This document shows, in pieces, positions 51,195-60,733 of a DNA stretch of 64,000 nt. A program made the position numbers and the translations under genes. Origin of the DNA: a virus; IMG/VR virus record IMGVR_UViG_3300017917_003053, positions 64,001-128,000 of that record. One strand, given 5' to 3'. Numbering within the stretch: the first letter of the stretch is position 1; each line of letters begins with the position of its first letter. A model generated the notes under the pieces. The model saw only the letters and a list, made by a program, of their open reading frames with translations. It had not been told where the DNA came from and searched no databases.

Positions 51195-52223
51195 TCATCC
51201 AGTTCTTACTGAGTTTGTTTGCATTAAAATTTGTCTTTTAACATCCGGTAAATGAAATTCGTCTAGTCCATCTGTAGATTGTGAAATAGCCCGTGCTCGT
51301 TGTTTAATGATTCTATTTGAGTCAGAAGAATTTAAATCAAAGATATTACTAGCGTCTTCTTGACTTGAAACAACAAATACTTCTTTAGCATTTTTATGTT
51401 TACTCAATAAATCTTCGCCGGTTTTTTCTTTCTTTAAGTTCTCCATTTTCTGTTTTTGATCCAACATCCATCCGTCAAGCATATCGTCATCTTCTATAAC
51501 AAAATCTTGAGGACATTCTGTATTCTCATAGATTCTATCATACATAATACTTATATTAATAAGTGTTTTTTGCTCGTCTGTCAATTGACATGCTGGTTTA
51601 TTAAAAACATTATTTTTATTGCTATTCCATAATGTCTTCCAATATTCGCTTCTAGCAATTTTTTTATATGTATCAATATTAATAAAGTTTTCTGTAATAT
51701 GTGATGTGATATTCATAAAAGATTCATGGTCAGGATCATTATCAAATACTCTCTCTTTATTATGTTTATAATAAATACTATGAATAAATATATATTCATT
51801 TTTTTGAAAAGCAGCATAGTCTTCCAAAGTTAGATAGTCAAAACTATGTTTTTTTTTGAAAAGTTTATTAATGGAATCTTTTGACCATTCGATATTTTTT
51901 TTGATCTTTTTCACTTTTTCTTTCTGTAGTCTGTTCAGATATAGACTAAGTTTTAATTTTTCCAAATTTTTTTCTGTAGTCTTTAGTAATTCCTCGTCCT
52001 CTGTTGTCCAAACTTCAATTTTTTCCAAAAATTTTTTAAGTCCTTCTTGTGTCATCCATGATTCGAATTTATTATTTTGTATGATTTCTTCATACAATAA
52101 TTCTGCTTCATATTTAATTTCAACTGATGGACTTATATATATATACTCAATATCATTAGTCTTAAAATATAAGTGTCCTAGAGATATCCTATGGACGAGT
52201 AACTGAATATTGTCCGTACTCAT
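51195..52223 (-). CDS. Putative tail assembly chaperone
   Basis: Charged helical ORF between the major tail gene and the TMP; VIEDDDMLDGW motif. Confidence 0.5.
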   Translation of the reverse strand: MSTDNIQLLVHRISLGHLYFKTNDIEYIYISPSVEIKYEAELLYEEIIQNNKFESWMTQEGLKKFLEKIEVWTTEDEELLKTTEKNLEKLKLSLYLNRLQKEKVKKIKKNIEWSKDSINKLFKKKHSFDYLTLEDYAAFQKNEYIFIHSIYYKHNKERVFDNDPDHESFMNITSHITENFINIDTYKKIARSEYWKTLWNSNKNNVFNKPACQLTDEQKTLINISIMYDRIYENTECPQDFVIEDDDMLDGWMLDQKQKMENLKKEKTGEDLLSKHKNAKEVFVVSSQEDASNIFDLNSSDSNRIIKQRARAISQSTDGLDEFHLPDVKRQILMQTNSVRTG

Positions 52224-52229
52224 TCATTG

Positions 52230-52379
52230 TCAGCTATCTTTTTTAACTAATTTTTCTAAGTCTATGATTTCTTTTTCTTTATCTTGCAGCTTTTTTTGTA
52301 ATACGTCTATTACTCTTTGTGCTGACATTATATCTATATATAGTCTACCTATCAGACTAAACATCTGTTCTTGATCCAT
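52230..52379 (-). CDS. 49-aa coiled-coil protein (absent from the ORF track)
   Basis: MDQEQMFSLIGRLYIDIMSAQRVIDVLQKKLQDKEKEIIDLEKLVKKDS with a strong AGGAGG RBS. Confidence 0.7.
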   Translation of the reverse strand: MDQEQMFSLIGRLYIDIMSAQRVIDVLQKKLQDKEKEIIDLEKLVKKDS

Positions 52380-52415
52380 TTGGTCCTCCTGTTTATTCCG
52401 TAGTTAATCGTCTAA

Positions 52416-53474
52416 TCAGCTTGCAGCAACACCACTGACTTTGAAGTCATTGAATGTTTGGAAGCTGTATGTTATAGTAGCATTTCCACCACCGGTGTCA
52501 CCACCAGTATAGTTAACTGAAGTTAGTTTATTTTTACTACCTAAATCTATAACATAATCAACACTACCATCAGCATTATTTGAATCGCAAATCATAATCT
52601 TAATTTGTTTATTAGTAAGATTACTTGCTGATGCAGCAGAGCATCCGCTTTGTGAATCAAAGTCATCAGCGTCGATCTTATCGCCTTCTGTTGCTGTGAT
52701 TTCAAATTCTGATGTGACTTCTACGGGGAACTGAATATATCTATAGTATGGTGATCTCTTACCAAGTTCATTGATAGCTTCACGACCAAGATTGCAACTT
52801 AATGTGATACTATTAACGTGTAAGCCTGAACCCGCAGCAAATGAGCCGGGAAGACCACCGCTACCGCTTGGAAGAATACTATTATCCTTATTTAATGACC
52901 AACGACGAGAAACTTTTCTTGTTTGGTCTCCATTATCAACAACTCCGGAATTAAAGGATGTGATACCACCACCAGTTGTTAATCCCCACTTCTTATGATT
53001 ACCAACTAGTGTCACATCTTCTGTAAAATTACCGTCTGATACTAGATTATAACTAACACTACTAACATACATACCTGTGCAAACAACATAGTATGCTGCG
53101 GCACCGCTAGCTCCTGTCTTTGTATCGTCCCAGATACCAAGAGCAAGGTCGCATCTGCGGTCAGCGATATTTGTTAATGTAAGATTATCACTGCTATCGG
53201 CAGTATTTCCGTCTAGAGCTAAATTATATACTGGACGAGTACCATCTAGAACCTTATTGAGTGTAACTTCAACGTCTGGTACTTCTTCAACGTTGTCATA
53301 AAGCTCTAATTGGCCTAATTGATAAACTTGTTCTAGATTAAAGTTGGTTGTCATACCAACACTTTGAATGCCTCTTAGTACTCTTTCAGTACCATACTGA
53401 TAAGAACCATTAATTGAACGGCATGGTTTGATTTTTACAGCTTGTACGGCATAGAAAATACGATTGTTTGCCAT
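52416..53474 (-). CDS. Major tail (tube) protein
   Basis: Beta-rich; GIQSVGMTTNFNLEQVYQLGQ and NLGREAINELG repeats; position; GAGG RBS. Confidence 0.65.
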   Translation of the reverse strand: MANNRIFYAVQAVKIKPCRSINGSYQYGTERVLRGIQSVGMTTNFNLEQVYQLGQLELYDNVEEVPDVEVTLNKVLDGTRPVYNLALDGNTADSSDNLTLTNIADRRCDLALGIWDDTKTGASGAAAYYVVCTGMYVSSVSYNLVSDGNFTEDVTLVGNHKKWGLTTGGGITSFNSGVVDNGDQTRKVSRRWSLNKDNSILPSGSGGLPGSFAAGSGLHVNSITLSCNLGREAINELGKRSPYYRYIQFPVEVTSEFEITATEGDKIDADDFDSQSGCSAASASNLTNKQIKIMICDSNNADGSVDYVIDLGSKNKLTSVNYTGGDTGGGNATITYSFQTFNDFKVSGVAAS

Positions 53475-53492
53475 GGTAACCTCTATTTTGAA

Positions 53493-54458
53493 TTAGACTA
53501 TAACTTCGACGGTTAATCTAGTGATACACCAAAACATGGTTGCTGTTGTATTTTTTTGAATATCAAGAAAATTGACTTCTTTAATATATAAACGATTCCA
53601 AACAAAATCATTATTACTAATAATTTGACCATAATTTAATCCATTAGGATTTTTTGATCCATTATTATTTAATCCATATAAATTATTATTGACAATTTTA
53701 GTTAAGTCATATAATAAAATAGTTTTGTCTTTTTGTAATCTTAATATGTCCATTAAAGTGTTGCAATCACTATAATTTTCAGTATATATGTGCAATAAAA
53801 TATCTTGTTGTCTATACGATACTAAAGATCCTAGCTCATAAGGAGAATTAGAATTCCTAGGAATTGTTTCTAGCACTATTGCTGGTAGTTGTACACGATG
53901 AGAAGAAGATACCGCATAATTCCCTTTATCTGGTTGTGATATTTGAGAATCTGGCTTAAATGCCATAGGCTGTAAAGTACTCCATAGATTATTATTAGAC
54001 TTGATAATTTCACACCATCTGTAACTATAAGACATTTCAACCTTTGTTGAAGCATTTAAAGGTTTTGCAAAAATAACTTGACCATTTTCATAGTCTAATC
54101 TATATTCTATAGCACCAGATCCTGATGGAGCAGGGTACAGGGTGTTGGCAATATATACTCCGCTAATATTGACAGGAGATGTATTTTTATATGATATTCC
54201 GGACTCCCAGACCCAATCTTTCTTCGGTGTCTGCCACACAGTATTGGCAAGATAAGATGGATCTTTGGTTGGTTTTAAGGTATGAAATGTTGTTTTGTAT
54301 AAGCCAGAAGTGGGGATATTTACATTTACGAATCCACCAACATGTAATAGTCCATAGTCTAGAAAACTTTTTAGGTTTTCTTCTACTGTTGGTATTATCA
54401 TGTTATCTTGCAGACTAGTCACTCCGTGAAGTCTGTACATATTTTGGTTGCAACTCAT
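53493..54458 (-). CDS. Tail terminator/neck-like protein
   Basis: VQLPAIVLE...YELG motif and position upstream of the major tail gene. Confidence 0.5.
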   Translation of the reverse strand: MSCNQNMYRLHGVTSLQDNMIIPTVEENLKSFLDYGLLHVGGFVNVNIPTSGLYKTTFHTLKPTKDPSYLANTVWQTPKKDWVWESGISYKNTSPVNISGVYIANTLYPAPSGSGAIEYRLDYENGQVIFAKPLNASTKVEMSYSYRWCEIIKSNNNLWSTLQPMAFKPDSQISQPDKGNYAVSSSHRVQLPAIVLETIPRNSNSPYELGSLVSYRQQDILLHIYTENYSDCNTLMDILRLQKDKTILLYDLTKIVNNNLYGLNNNGSKNPNGLNYGQIISNNDFVWNRLYIKEVNFLDIQKNTTATMFWCITRLTVEVIV

Positions 54459-55102
54459 ATATTTTGTTCTATATTTTTTTGTATAATTTGGAAAAATAAG
54501 TCTTCATTAATACTGGATATAGCTCTAGTGATCCAGTTGTTGTCTTTTACACCGGCAAACTGAGGCGGAACACCCCAGTTTTCATTAGATTCAACCATTA
54601 TGGCCATACCTGTTCTAGAATTAGGATTCGGTCCTAATTTTACTTCAAAATTTTTAACTATAGGAGCAGTCCCCTGTGTTAAAAGCCACTTTAACCAAGG
54701 TAATGTATATCCTTTGGCGTCTTGTACTATGCCGTCTGGACCACCCATAGATGCATTTACTTTATCTTCATCTATTAATATATATTTGATATTACCACTT
54801 ATTCCCTTGGTCCCTACTTTAACAGGATTTCTTAAAATTTTACCTTCACATATATCTTCTATTACTCTGTCAACTATAATAGTATCTGGTATTCCAAATT
54901 CATATCTTAATTGACCGGTTCTAAGTGAGGCATACTCTGGTTCTTTTTTAAGATTATCTATTGTTAGAGCTTTAAGATCTTGCTGAATTCTATTAAGAGA
55001 TTTTGATATAGCTGTATCTAATACATCTTTGATACTATCTAAGATAGCTTTTTTAATTTGTCCATCTGTTTCTAATAACTTAATATTTATACGCAGTGTC
55101 AT
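54455..55102 (-). CDS. Neck/tail completion protein
   Basis: LPWLKWLL and DNNWITRA motifs; ATGA coupling; position. Confidence 0.45.
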   Translation of the reverse strand: MTLRINIKLLETDGQIKKAILDSIKDVLDTAISKSLNRIQQDLKALTIDNLKKEPEYASLRTGQLRYEFGIPDTIIVDRVIEDICEGKILRNPVKVGTKGISGNIKYILIDEDKVNASMGGPDGIVQDAKGYTLPWLKWLLTQGTAPIVKNFEVKLGPNPNSRTGMAIMVESNENWGVPPQFAGVKDNNWITRAISSINEDLFFQIIQKNIEQNI

Positions 55103-55620
55103 GGCCTTGTCCAATTTGTAAGAATAAATTTATGCTCTCCCAAACCCATTGGAATAGGAGGTCCTGCTTTAGAGTATTGATTATTATCATATGCCTCGTT
55201 ATCTGCAACAACCATCTGTGTAGCATTTTGTAGTTTTGGCATAAGAGTGATAGAACACAGAGTCTGGGCCGCCAAATTGGGTATTTGTATATTTTTTGGT
55301 CCCCAATTTAACCAATATTTACTATCTAATATGACTCCTAGATATACCGTTTCTTCAGCATCATAAATAATTTTTCCAAAACCATTACATACTGGACATA
55401 TAGATCCTTCTGGAAAAGGTAACGGTCCTGATCCATTATATTTATTGAATGATTTATCAACAATTGGATTATATAAACAATTTGTACAAAAAGACTGATC
55501 TGTAGTATTATACTTTAATTTACATGGAACAGCTAATGCTGTAGATGATAGTAGACTTTCTATAGCTTGATTGTATAAGTTTTTAAAATTTGCATCAATA
55601 AGTCCACTAAAAATATTCAT
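55099..55620 (-). CDS. Head closure/neck-like protein
   Basis: CTNC...CPVCNGFG motif and position; likely start is MNIFSG. Confidence 0.5.
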   Translation of the reverse strand: MNIFSGLIDANFKNLYNQAIESLLSSTALAVPCKLKYNTTDQSFCTNCLYNPIVDKSFNKYNGSGPLPFPEGSICPVCNGFGKIIYDAEETVYLGVILDSKYWLNWGPKNIQIPNLAAQTLCSITLMPKLQNATQMVVADNEAYDNNQYSKAGPPIPMGLGEHKFILTNWTRP

Positions 55621-55621
55621 G

Positions 55622-55900
55622 TTATATTTCCGATAATGGTATTTTTTTCCACGTATTAGTTGCAACGCATAGATACATATACTCTCTGTCCCACCTAATT
55701 TCTCCTGGTTGACCAGCATCAACAGATGATTGCGGAGGTGTTCCTGCTATAATTCTAGACATAGACTGTAGACTAGTTTCTACAATTTTAATTTCTGGCA
55801 TTTTTTCTGTTACAATAGCATTGGTAGTCAAATTACCTTCAACATCAGACATTGTAACATTAATCAAAGACTGTGCTGTATTTACTATTACATTTGACAT
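55622..55900 (-). CDS. Small virion protein
   Basis: PPQSSVDAGQPGEIRWDREYMYLCVATNTWKKI motif, common in phage fibre and decoration proteins. Confidence 0.6.
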   Translation of the reverse strand: MSNVIVNTAQSLINVTMSDVEGNLTTNAIVTEKMPEIKIVETSLQSMSRIIAGTPPQSSVDAGQPGEIRWDREYMYLCVATNTWKKIPLSEI

Positions 55901-56337
55901 TAGCATCCCTCACATGGGGTTTCTTCTGTTGTCTCTGGAAACATCTCAGGAGATGTAGAATTAGATGGATTTACAGTCATGACACCTTTTACCAATTTAA
56001 TTATAAAGTCTCCAGCGCCACTATATAATTCATTTGGAGCTTTTAAATCCACATCATACAACGCACTACTAAAATCAAACTGACCGGTTGTAGACGATGG
56101 AAGTTTTAATGTAAGTTTTCCTTCATCTCCACTAATGGTTAAACTATAATTACTATTAACATTTCCGGTAAAATAAGTAATTGTAGTATTTGCTAAAGAT
56201 CCATCTATTGGAGTAAAACTAAATCTACCTTGCCAATTTGTTAAATTAATAATTTCATTAGTATCATCTAAATATGTAAATGATATATAAAAAATAGAAC
56301 CTCTATCTAATGGAAAATTATAAGTTGGTGCTGCCAT
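55900..56337 (-). CDS. BppU-N-like Ig-fold virion protein
   Basis: YNFPLDRG, INLTNW, GKLTLKL, ALYDVDL, KLVKG. Confidence 0.55.
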   Translation of the reverse strand: MAAPTYNFPLDRGSIFYISFTYLDDTNEIINLTNWQGRFSFTPIDGSLANTTITYFTGNVNSNYSLTISGDEGKLTLKLPSSTTGQFDFSSALYDVDLKAPNELYSGAGDFIIKLVKGVMTVNPSNSTSPEMFPETTEETPCEGC

Positions 56338-56351
56338 AATTTGTTACCTGA

Positions 56352-56867
56352 TTAAGAAAAAAATGTACGACCTCTTTGACTCGAATACATACCAAGAATA
56401 CTTGGATCAAATTTATTACCAGCAAATGGACTAAGAATAGCTTTGACAGATGACGCATTGGCCACATCCCAATGTTCCACAAAATCATTATACAAGGCAC
56501 ATGGGCCTTTTTCTAAAATTTCTTTCCATCCAGCTAAACTGCCACCAACAGAAAAAGCAGCCGGTCCTAAAGAAGCTCTTAATCCTTCCATAGCAGCTTT
56601 TGTTCTGAATGTGCTTTGGTCTATAATACATGCTGCTTTTAATGCTGTTAAACTAATAAATATCTCATCTCTATCAGAAGTAGGATCTGGAGTTATGGTA
56701 TTATTTAATACGTCTACTTCATATTGATGATCCAACACAACATCAAATTGTACATATTTAGCTGCCACTGTTAATACTTGCACAATTCTTTCATCAGAGT
56801 ATGATGGATTATCTGACCAATCATTAATCAGAGTTCTAACAATAACTGGCAATTCTAAATTCCACAT
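56352..56867 (-). CDS. Head-tail adaptor-like protein
   Basis: VRTLIND...YSDERI N-terminus and position. Confidence 0.55.
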   Translation of the reverse strand: MWNLELPVIVRTLINDWSDNPSYSDERIVQVLTVAAKYVQFDVVLDHQYEVDVLNNTITPDPTSDRDEIFISLTALKAACIIDQSTFRTKAAMEGLRASLGPAAFSVGGSLAGWKEILEKGPCALYNDFVEHWDVANASSVKAILSPFAGNKFDPSILGMYSSQRGRTFFS

Positions 56868-56893
56868 AATTATCTCCAGATTTTAAGGTTTCT

Positions 56894-56909
56894 TAGTATG
56901 ATATACACC
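56894..56909 (-). promoter_or_regulatory. 16-bp intergenic motif, copy A (candidate late promoter)
   Basis: GGTGTATATCATACTA, identical to 60718-60733 and upstream of a GGAGA RBS. Confidence 0.55.
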
Positions 56910-57275
56910 CTATTCTGATATGGTGTTTGGTGCAGGAGATGGCGGCTCTGGGTCTGGTTTTATGACAGTTACAGTGCCGTCCTCATTCATAGTAAACTGG
57001 CCAATTAAACTTAATCCTGGAATAATACTATCTGGTTTAATATTGCTAACAAATTGACCTAAAGCATAATGTAATTCAAACACTTCTTTTGCATTATTGC
57101 CTAACGCAGCGGCTATATCTTCTGGTGGAACTCCTCTTGGATTATCCCAAAATAATTTAGCTCCATCATTGAATGACTTTGTCATTATAGCAAAACAATT
57201 TTTTGCTTGACTGATGATTTGTCTGGCTGCCATCTCAGCCTCATTAGGCGACATGTTCAAGTCTAATATACTCAT
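56910..57275 (-). CDS. Hypothetical protein, fibre-associated
   Basis: 121 aa with a Pro-rich tail; GGAGA RBS. Confidence 0.6.
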   Translation of the reverse strand: MSILDLNMSPNEAEMAARQIISQAKNCFAIMTKSFNDGAKLFWDNPRGVPPEDIAAALGNNAKEVFELHYALGQFVSNIKPDSIIPGLSLIGQFTMNEDGTVTVIKPDPEPPSPAPNTISE

Positions 57276-57304
57276 ATTAAAATCTCCAGTTTAATTTGTT
57301 AAAT

Positions 57305-60300
57305 TTAAGAGCCTCCAGCACCGCTACAACAACTAATAATTTTCCAAACATAATAGCTTGTATTATAATCTTGAATGCATTGAACCATACATGATTGTCC
57401 AGGATAAAGAGCAAAATTGCTACCATTAGGTGTCATAAAACTACCATTAATTGTCGGATTATGACTTAAATATATAATATATGTAGAATCTACATTATGT
57501 AATATTTTGATTTCTCCTAAATTGTCAGGATCGCTAGGTGATGGAAAATAATCTATGGAAGAATTATTAAATAAACTATCTGTAAAGAATCCTATGGTCA
57601 TGTATTCTATTATATCTGGAACATTAGATAGATCATTATTGAGATCATAAAGTGGATAAAATATAAATTTACCAAATAATCTATTGATTTTAGTTCCTTT
57701 AAGCTCTGGCTCAACGCCATCTCCAGTAACATTCAATTTGCTAGAAATATTCACTCCATTAGTGGAAGATATAGTTACAGTGCCTCCGGTATTGGGATTT
57801 AATAACGTATTGTTTTCTATTCTAAGATTTCCCACATTTAATCTGGAAGATACGATCCCTGTTCCCACAACATGTAATTGTCCACTTGGAGTTACTGTAT
57901 TGATTCCAACATTTCCATCGTTACGAGCATATAAAAGTGGACTGCTTCCACTATTTGTAACAATCAATGCTGCACTAGAACTATTAGCCCCTGATCCAGC
58001 AATATGCAGTCTTGTATTCGCATAAGGTTGTCCAGCAAATAATTTAACTGAATTTCCAGCATATGATGTATCTGTTGTTGGCAATCCTATTCCAATTGTT
58101 CCTGATGTTGTCATTCTCATCATTTCTGTAGCTGCTGGTAAAAATCTAATAGTTTGACTAGTATTTGCAGCATTATATCCGTGACCAATATGAATTTGTG
58201 TTGACATACCTAACATATTGAGATAACCACCTTGGCTACTCAATTGGATATTAGCACCTCCTCCATTCATTACTAAATCGCCACCATTTGTGGCACCAAC
58301 ATATAATGTTTTGTCTCCAGCAGCTTGAGATTTAAAATATATTGTTCCCAAATTATTACCAGTACCTCTAACATAAATGTCTCCAGCAACATCAAGGTGT
58401 CCGCTAGGAGTTGTAGTACCGATTCCTAAATATCCAGAACCATTTAGTCTCATGTATTCTGTACTTGCTGGTCTGAATATAATACTTTGATTAGCGAGTG
58501 TCTGGGCCGATGCATGACCTATTCTGACAGGACCATTACCAGCATAAATATCTATATCTGCACTTTGATTACCAACTTTAACACTGGCATTTGATGCGTC
58601 TAGATACAAGTTACCATTTGTGTCTGCTCTTACCCTCAAAGAGGTATCTGATGATGCCGATGTTGATTTAAAATATACGGTTCCTAGATTATTGCCCGTT
58701 CCTCTAATATAGGCATCTCCGCCAACATCCAGTACTCCAGATGGAGTTGAAGTTAAATTAACACCAATAGCACCAGTAAAATTATTCACACGAGTTTTAG
58801 GTGTCCATACTCCAGCAGAATGGTATCCAAATTCTGTATATCTATTAGTAGAAGAATCATTAGAAGTAGATATAGCTAGATGATTACCTTCTTTACCAAG
58901 AGTATAATCATTAGCAGTACCTCCTCCTCTAAATAATTGTAATTTATTGCCTACACTTCCAGTGTAATTATCTGCTAATCTTAAATTACCATCTATTACT
59001 AGTCTTTCAGGAGGTGCTGTAGCTTGTGTACCACTACCAACTCCTATAAAACCATTTGATCTCTGAATATTTAAACAATCAATCCAACTTGTACTACCTC
59101 CTTTACGGGATAGTCTAAAATCTCCTTCTGTGCCACGATAAAACATACCCCAGCCAAAAGTAGATGAACTGTTGTCTGCATTTGTTACAGAAAAGAACGG
59201 ACTACTATCAGTATTACCGTATCCTAAAATTGTATTAGATGATGTTGCTCCAGAAATAAATACTGATCCAAAATTTGATACTTGTCCAGAAATATGTAGT
59301 ATGGATATAGGGTTGCTGGCAACATTTAATCCAACCCTACTTCCTGTATCATATAATATACTATTTGTTAGACCAGAAGTGCTACTGAATCTGCTAATAT
59401 ATCCACTAGTTCCAGTACCTGTAATTGGATTTGTGATAGTAGTCTGTAATCCGTTTGTATTTATAGTAATGGTACCTGGACCATTTGTTATAGAGATACC
59501 TGTGCCAGCACTTAATGTATTAACTATTAAAGATGTACCACTACCAATTAATAATTGACCATCAGAATATGATGTTCGGCCTGTGCCTCCCTTATTAATA
59601 GGTATGGTTGTTGCATTCCATCTTCCAGCATTGATATTTCCACTATTATCTACGGCAAAATCTGCTGTATCAATAGTTGTTATATTTTGTCCAGCACCAA
59701 AAAATCCATCATTTCTAATAGCAAACACAAGATTGCTATTTCTGTACACTCCAAAAGCAGTACCAGAGGCATCATTGATCGCTACTGCAACACCTAAACT
59801 ATTAGGGCTTATACTTACTCCTCTTAATGAGCTTAATCCACTATTAAAAACACTAGCATCTCCAAAAGTTTTGGGTCCGTTTACAGTTTGTGTTCCTGTT
59901 GTATATACTATTGTTGATGGTAATAATCCGCTTACGCTACTACCAAAATTACTTATATCTGAAGATGTGTGGATATGGCCGCTGATACTCACCCCAGTTC
60001 CATTGACTTGCAAAGCTTGAGTAAAATTTCCTGTTCCTATAACATGAAGTTGTGATGTTGGTGAAACTGTGCCTATACCTATTAATCCACTATTATTAAT
60101 CCTTAATTTTTCTGTTCCACTGGTGCTGATTGCCAACACATTTGCTGCTGGTGAAAATAATCCTGTATCAGAATCATTTACGAATTCAAAAGATGGATTA
60201 GCAGCACTTCCAGAACCTGCTATTATAGAACCCGTTGAACTAATATCTCCTGTAAAAGTGCTAGTTCCGACAACATGAAATTTACTAGCAGGAACACCCG

Positions 60301-60697
60301 TTCCAATGCCAATGTTACCTCCACTGGTAATAATAAGATCATTTTGTCCAAATCTCCCAGCAACTACTCTATCATCACTAAAAACTTCAAATACTGGTAA
60401 TCCAGCATTATTATTGACACTCATTAAACTACCACTTAAGTTATCAATAACACTAAATAGAGAACCATTAGTTCCTTCTATATTTAGTATAGTAGCCCCA
60501 GATATTGAAGAATAAGTGTGAAGAGTAGCGTTTGGAGCACTAGTATTTATACTTAGTCCACTACTTGATAGGACTAAATAACCAGATGGATTAGTAATAT
60601 TTATAACGTTACCAGATCCATCAATTCGGCCAACTCTGGTCGAACCGGGATAAAAGTCTATGATTCCACTAGTTGGTGTTATAATCACATCTGGCAT
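57305..60697 (-). CDS. Long tail fibre protein
   Basis: Repeated GIGTxxPxxxLHV motifs, INKGGTG, and an internal duplication. Confidence 0.8.
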   Translation of the reverse strand: MPDVIITPTSGIIDFYPGSTRVGRIDGSGNVINITNPSGYLVLSSSGLSINTSAPNATLHTYSSISGATILNIEGTNGSLFSVIDNLSGSLMSVNNNAGLPVFEVFSDDRVVAGRFGQNDLIITSGGNIGIGTGVPASKFHVVGTSTFTGDISSTGSIIAGSGSAANPSFEFVNDSDTGLFSPAANVLAISTSGTEKLRINNSGLIGIGTVSPTSQLHVIGTGNFTQALQVNGTGVSISGHIHTSSDISNFGSSVSGLLPSTIVYTTGTQTVNGPKTFGDASVFNSGLSSLRGVSISPNSLGVAVAINDASGTAFGVYRNSNLVFAIRNDGFFGAGQNITTIDTADFAVDNSGNINAGRWNATTIPINKGGTGRTSYSDGQLLIGSGTSLIVNTLSAGTGISITNGPGTITINTNGLQTTITNPITGTGTSGYISRFSSTSGLTNSILYDTGSRVGLNVASNPISILHISGQVSNFGSVFISGATSSNTILGYGNTDSSPFFSVTNADNSSSTFGWGMFYRGTEGDFRLSRKGGSTSWIDCLNIQRSNGFIGVGSGTQATAPPERLVIDGNLRLADNYTGSVGNKLQLFRGGGTANDYTLGKEGNHLAISTSNDSSTNRYTEFGYHSAGVWTPKTRVNNFTGAIGVNLTSTPSGVLDVGGDAYIRGTGNNLGTVYFKSTSASSDTSLRVRADTNGNLYLDASNASVKVGNQSADIDIYAGNGPVRIGHASAQTLANQSIIFRPASTEYMRLNGSGYLGIGTTTPSGHLDVAGDIYVRGTGNNLGTIYFKSQAAGDKTLYVGATNGGDLVMNGGGANIQLSSQGGYLNMLGMSTQIHIGHGYNAANTSQTIRFLPAATEMMRMTTSGTIGIGLPTTDTSYAGNSVKLFAGQPYANTRLHIAGSGANSSSAALIVTNSGSSPLLYARNDGNVGINTVTPSGQLHVVGTGIVSSRLNVGNLRIENNTLLNPNTGGTVTISSTNGVNISSKLNVTGDGVEPELKGTKINRLFGKFIFYPLYDLNNDLSNVPDIIEYMTIGFFTDSLFNNSSIDYFPSPSDPDNLGEIKILHNVDSTYIIYLSHNPTINGSFMTPNGSNFALYPGQSCMVQCIQDYNTSYYVWKIISCCSGAGGS

Positions 60698-60717
60698 TAG
60701 TATTCTCCATATTTAGT

Positions 60718-60733
60718 TAGTATGATATACACC
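60718..60733 (-). promoter_or_regulatory. 16-bp intergenic motif, copy B (candidate late promoter)
   Basis: GGTGTATATCATACTA, identical to 56894-56909. Confidence 0.55.

Noticed and set aside
51849-51857. A9 run on the minus strand as a tail-chaperone programmed frameshift site
   Set aside because: It is mid-gene in a Lys-rich, AT-rich ORF, and the ORF track shows no long overlapping minus-strand frame. No G/GT-type arrangement is evident.
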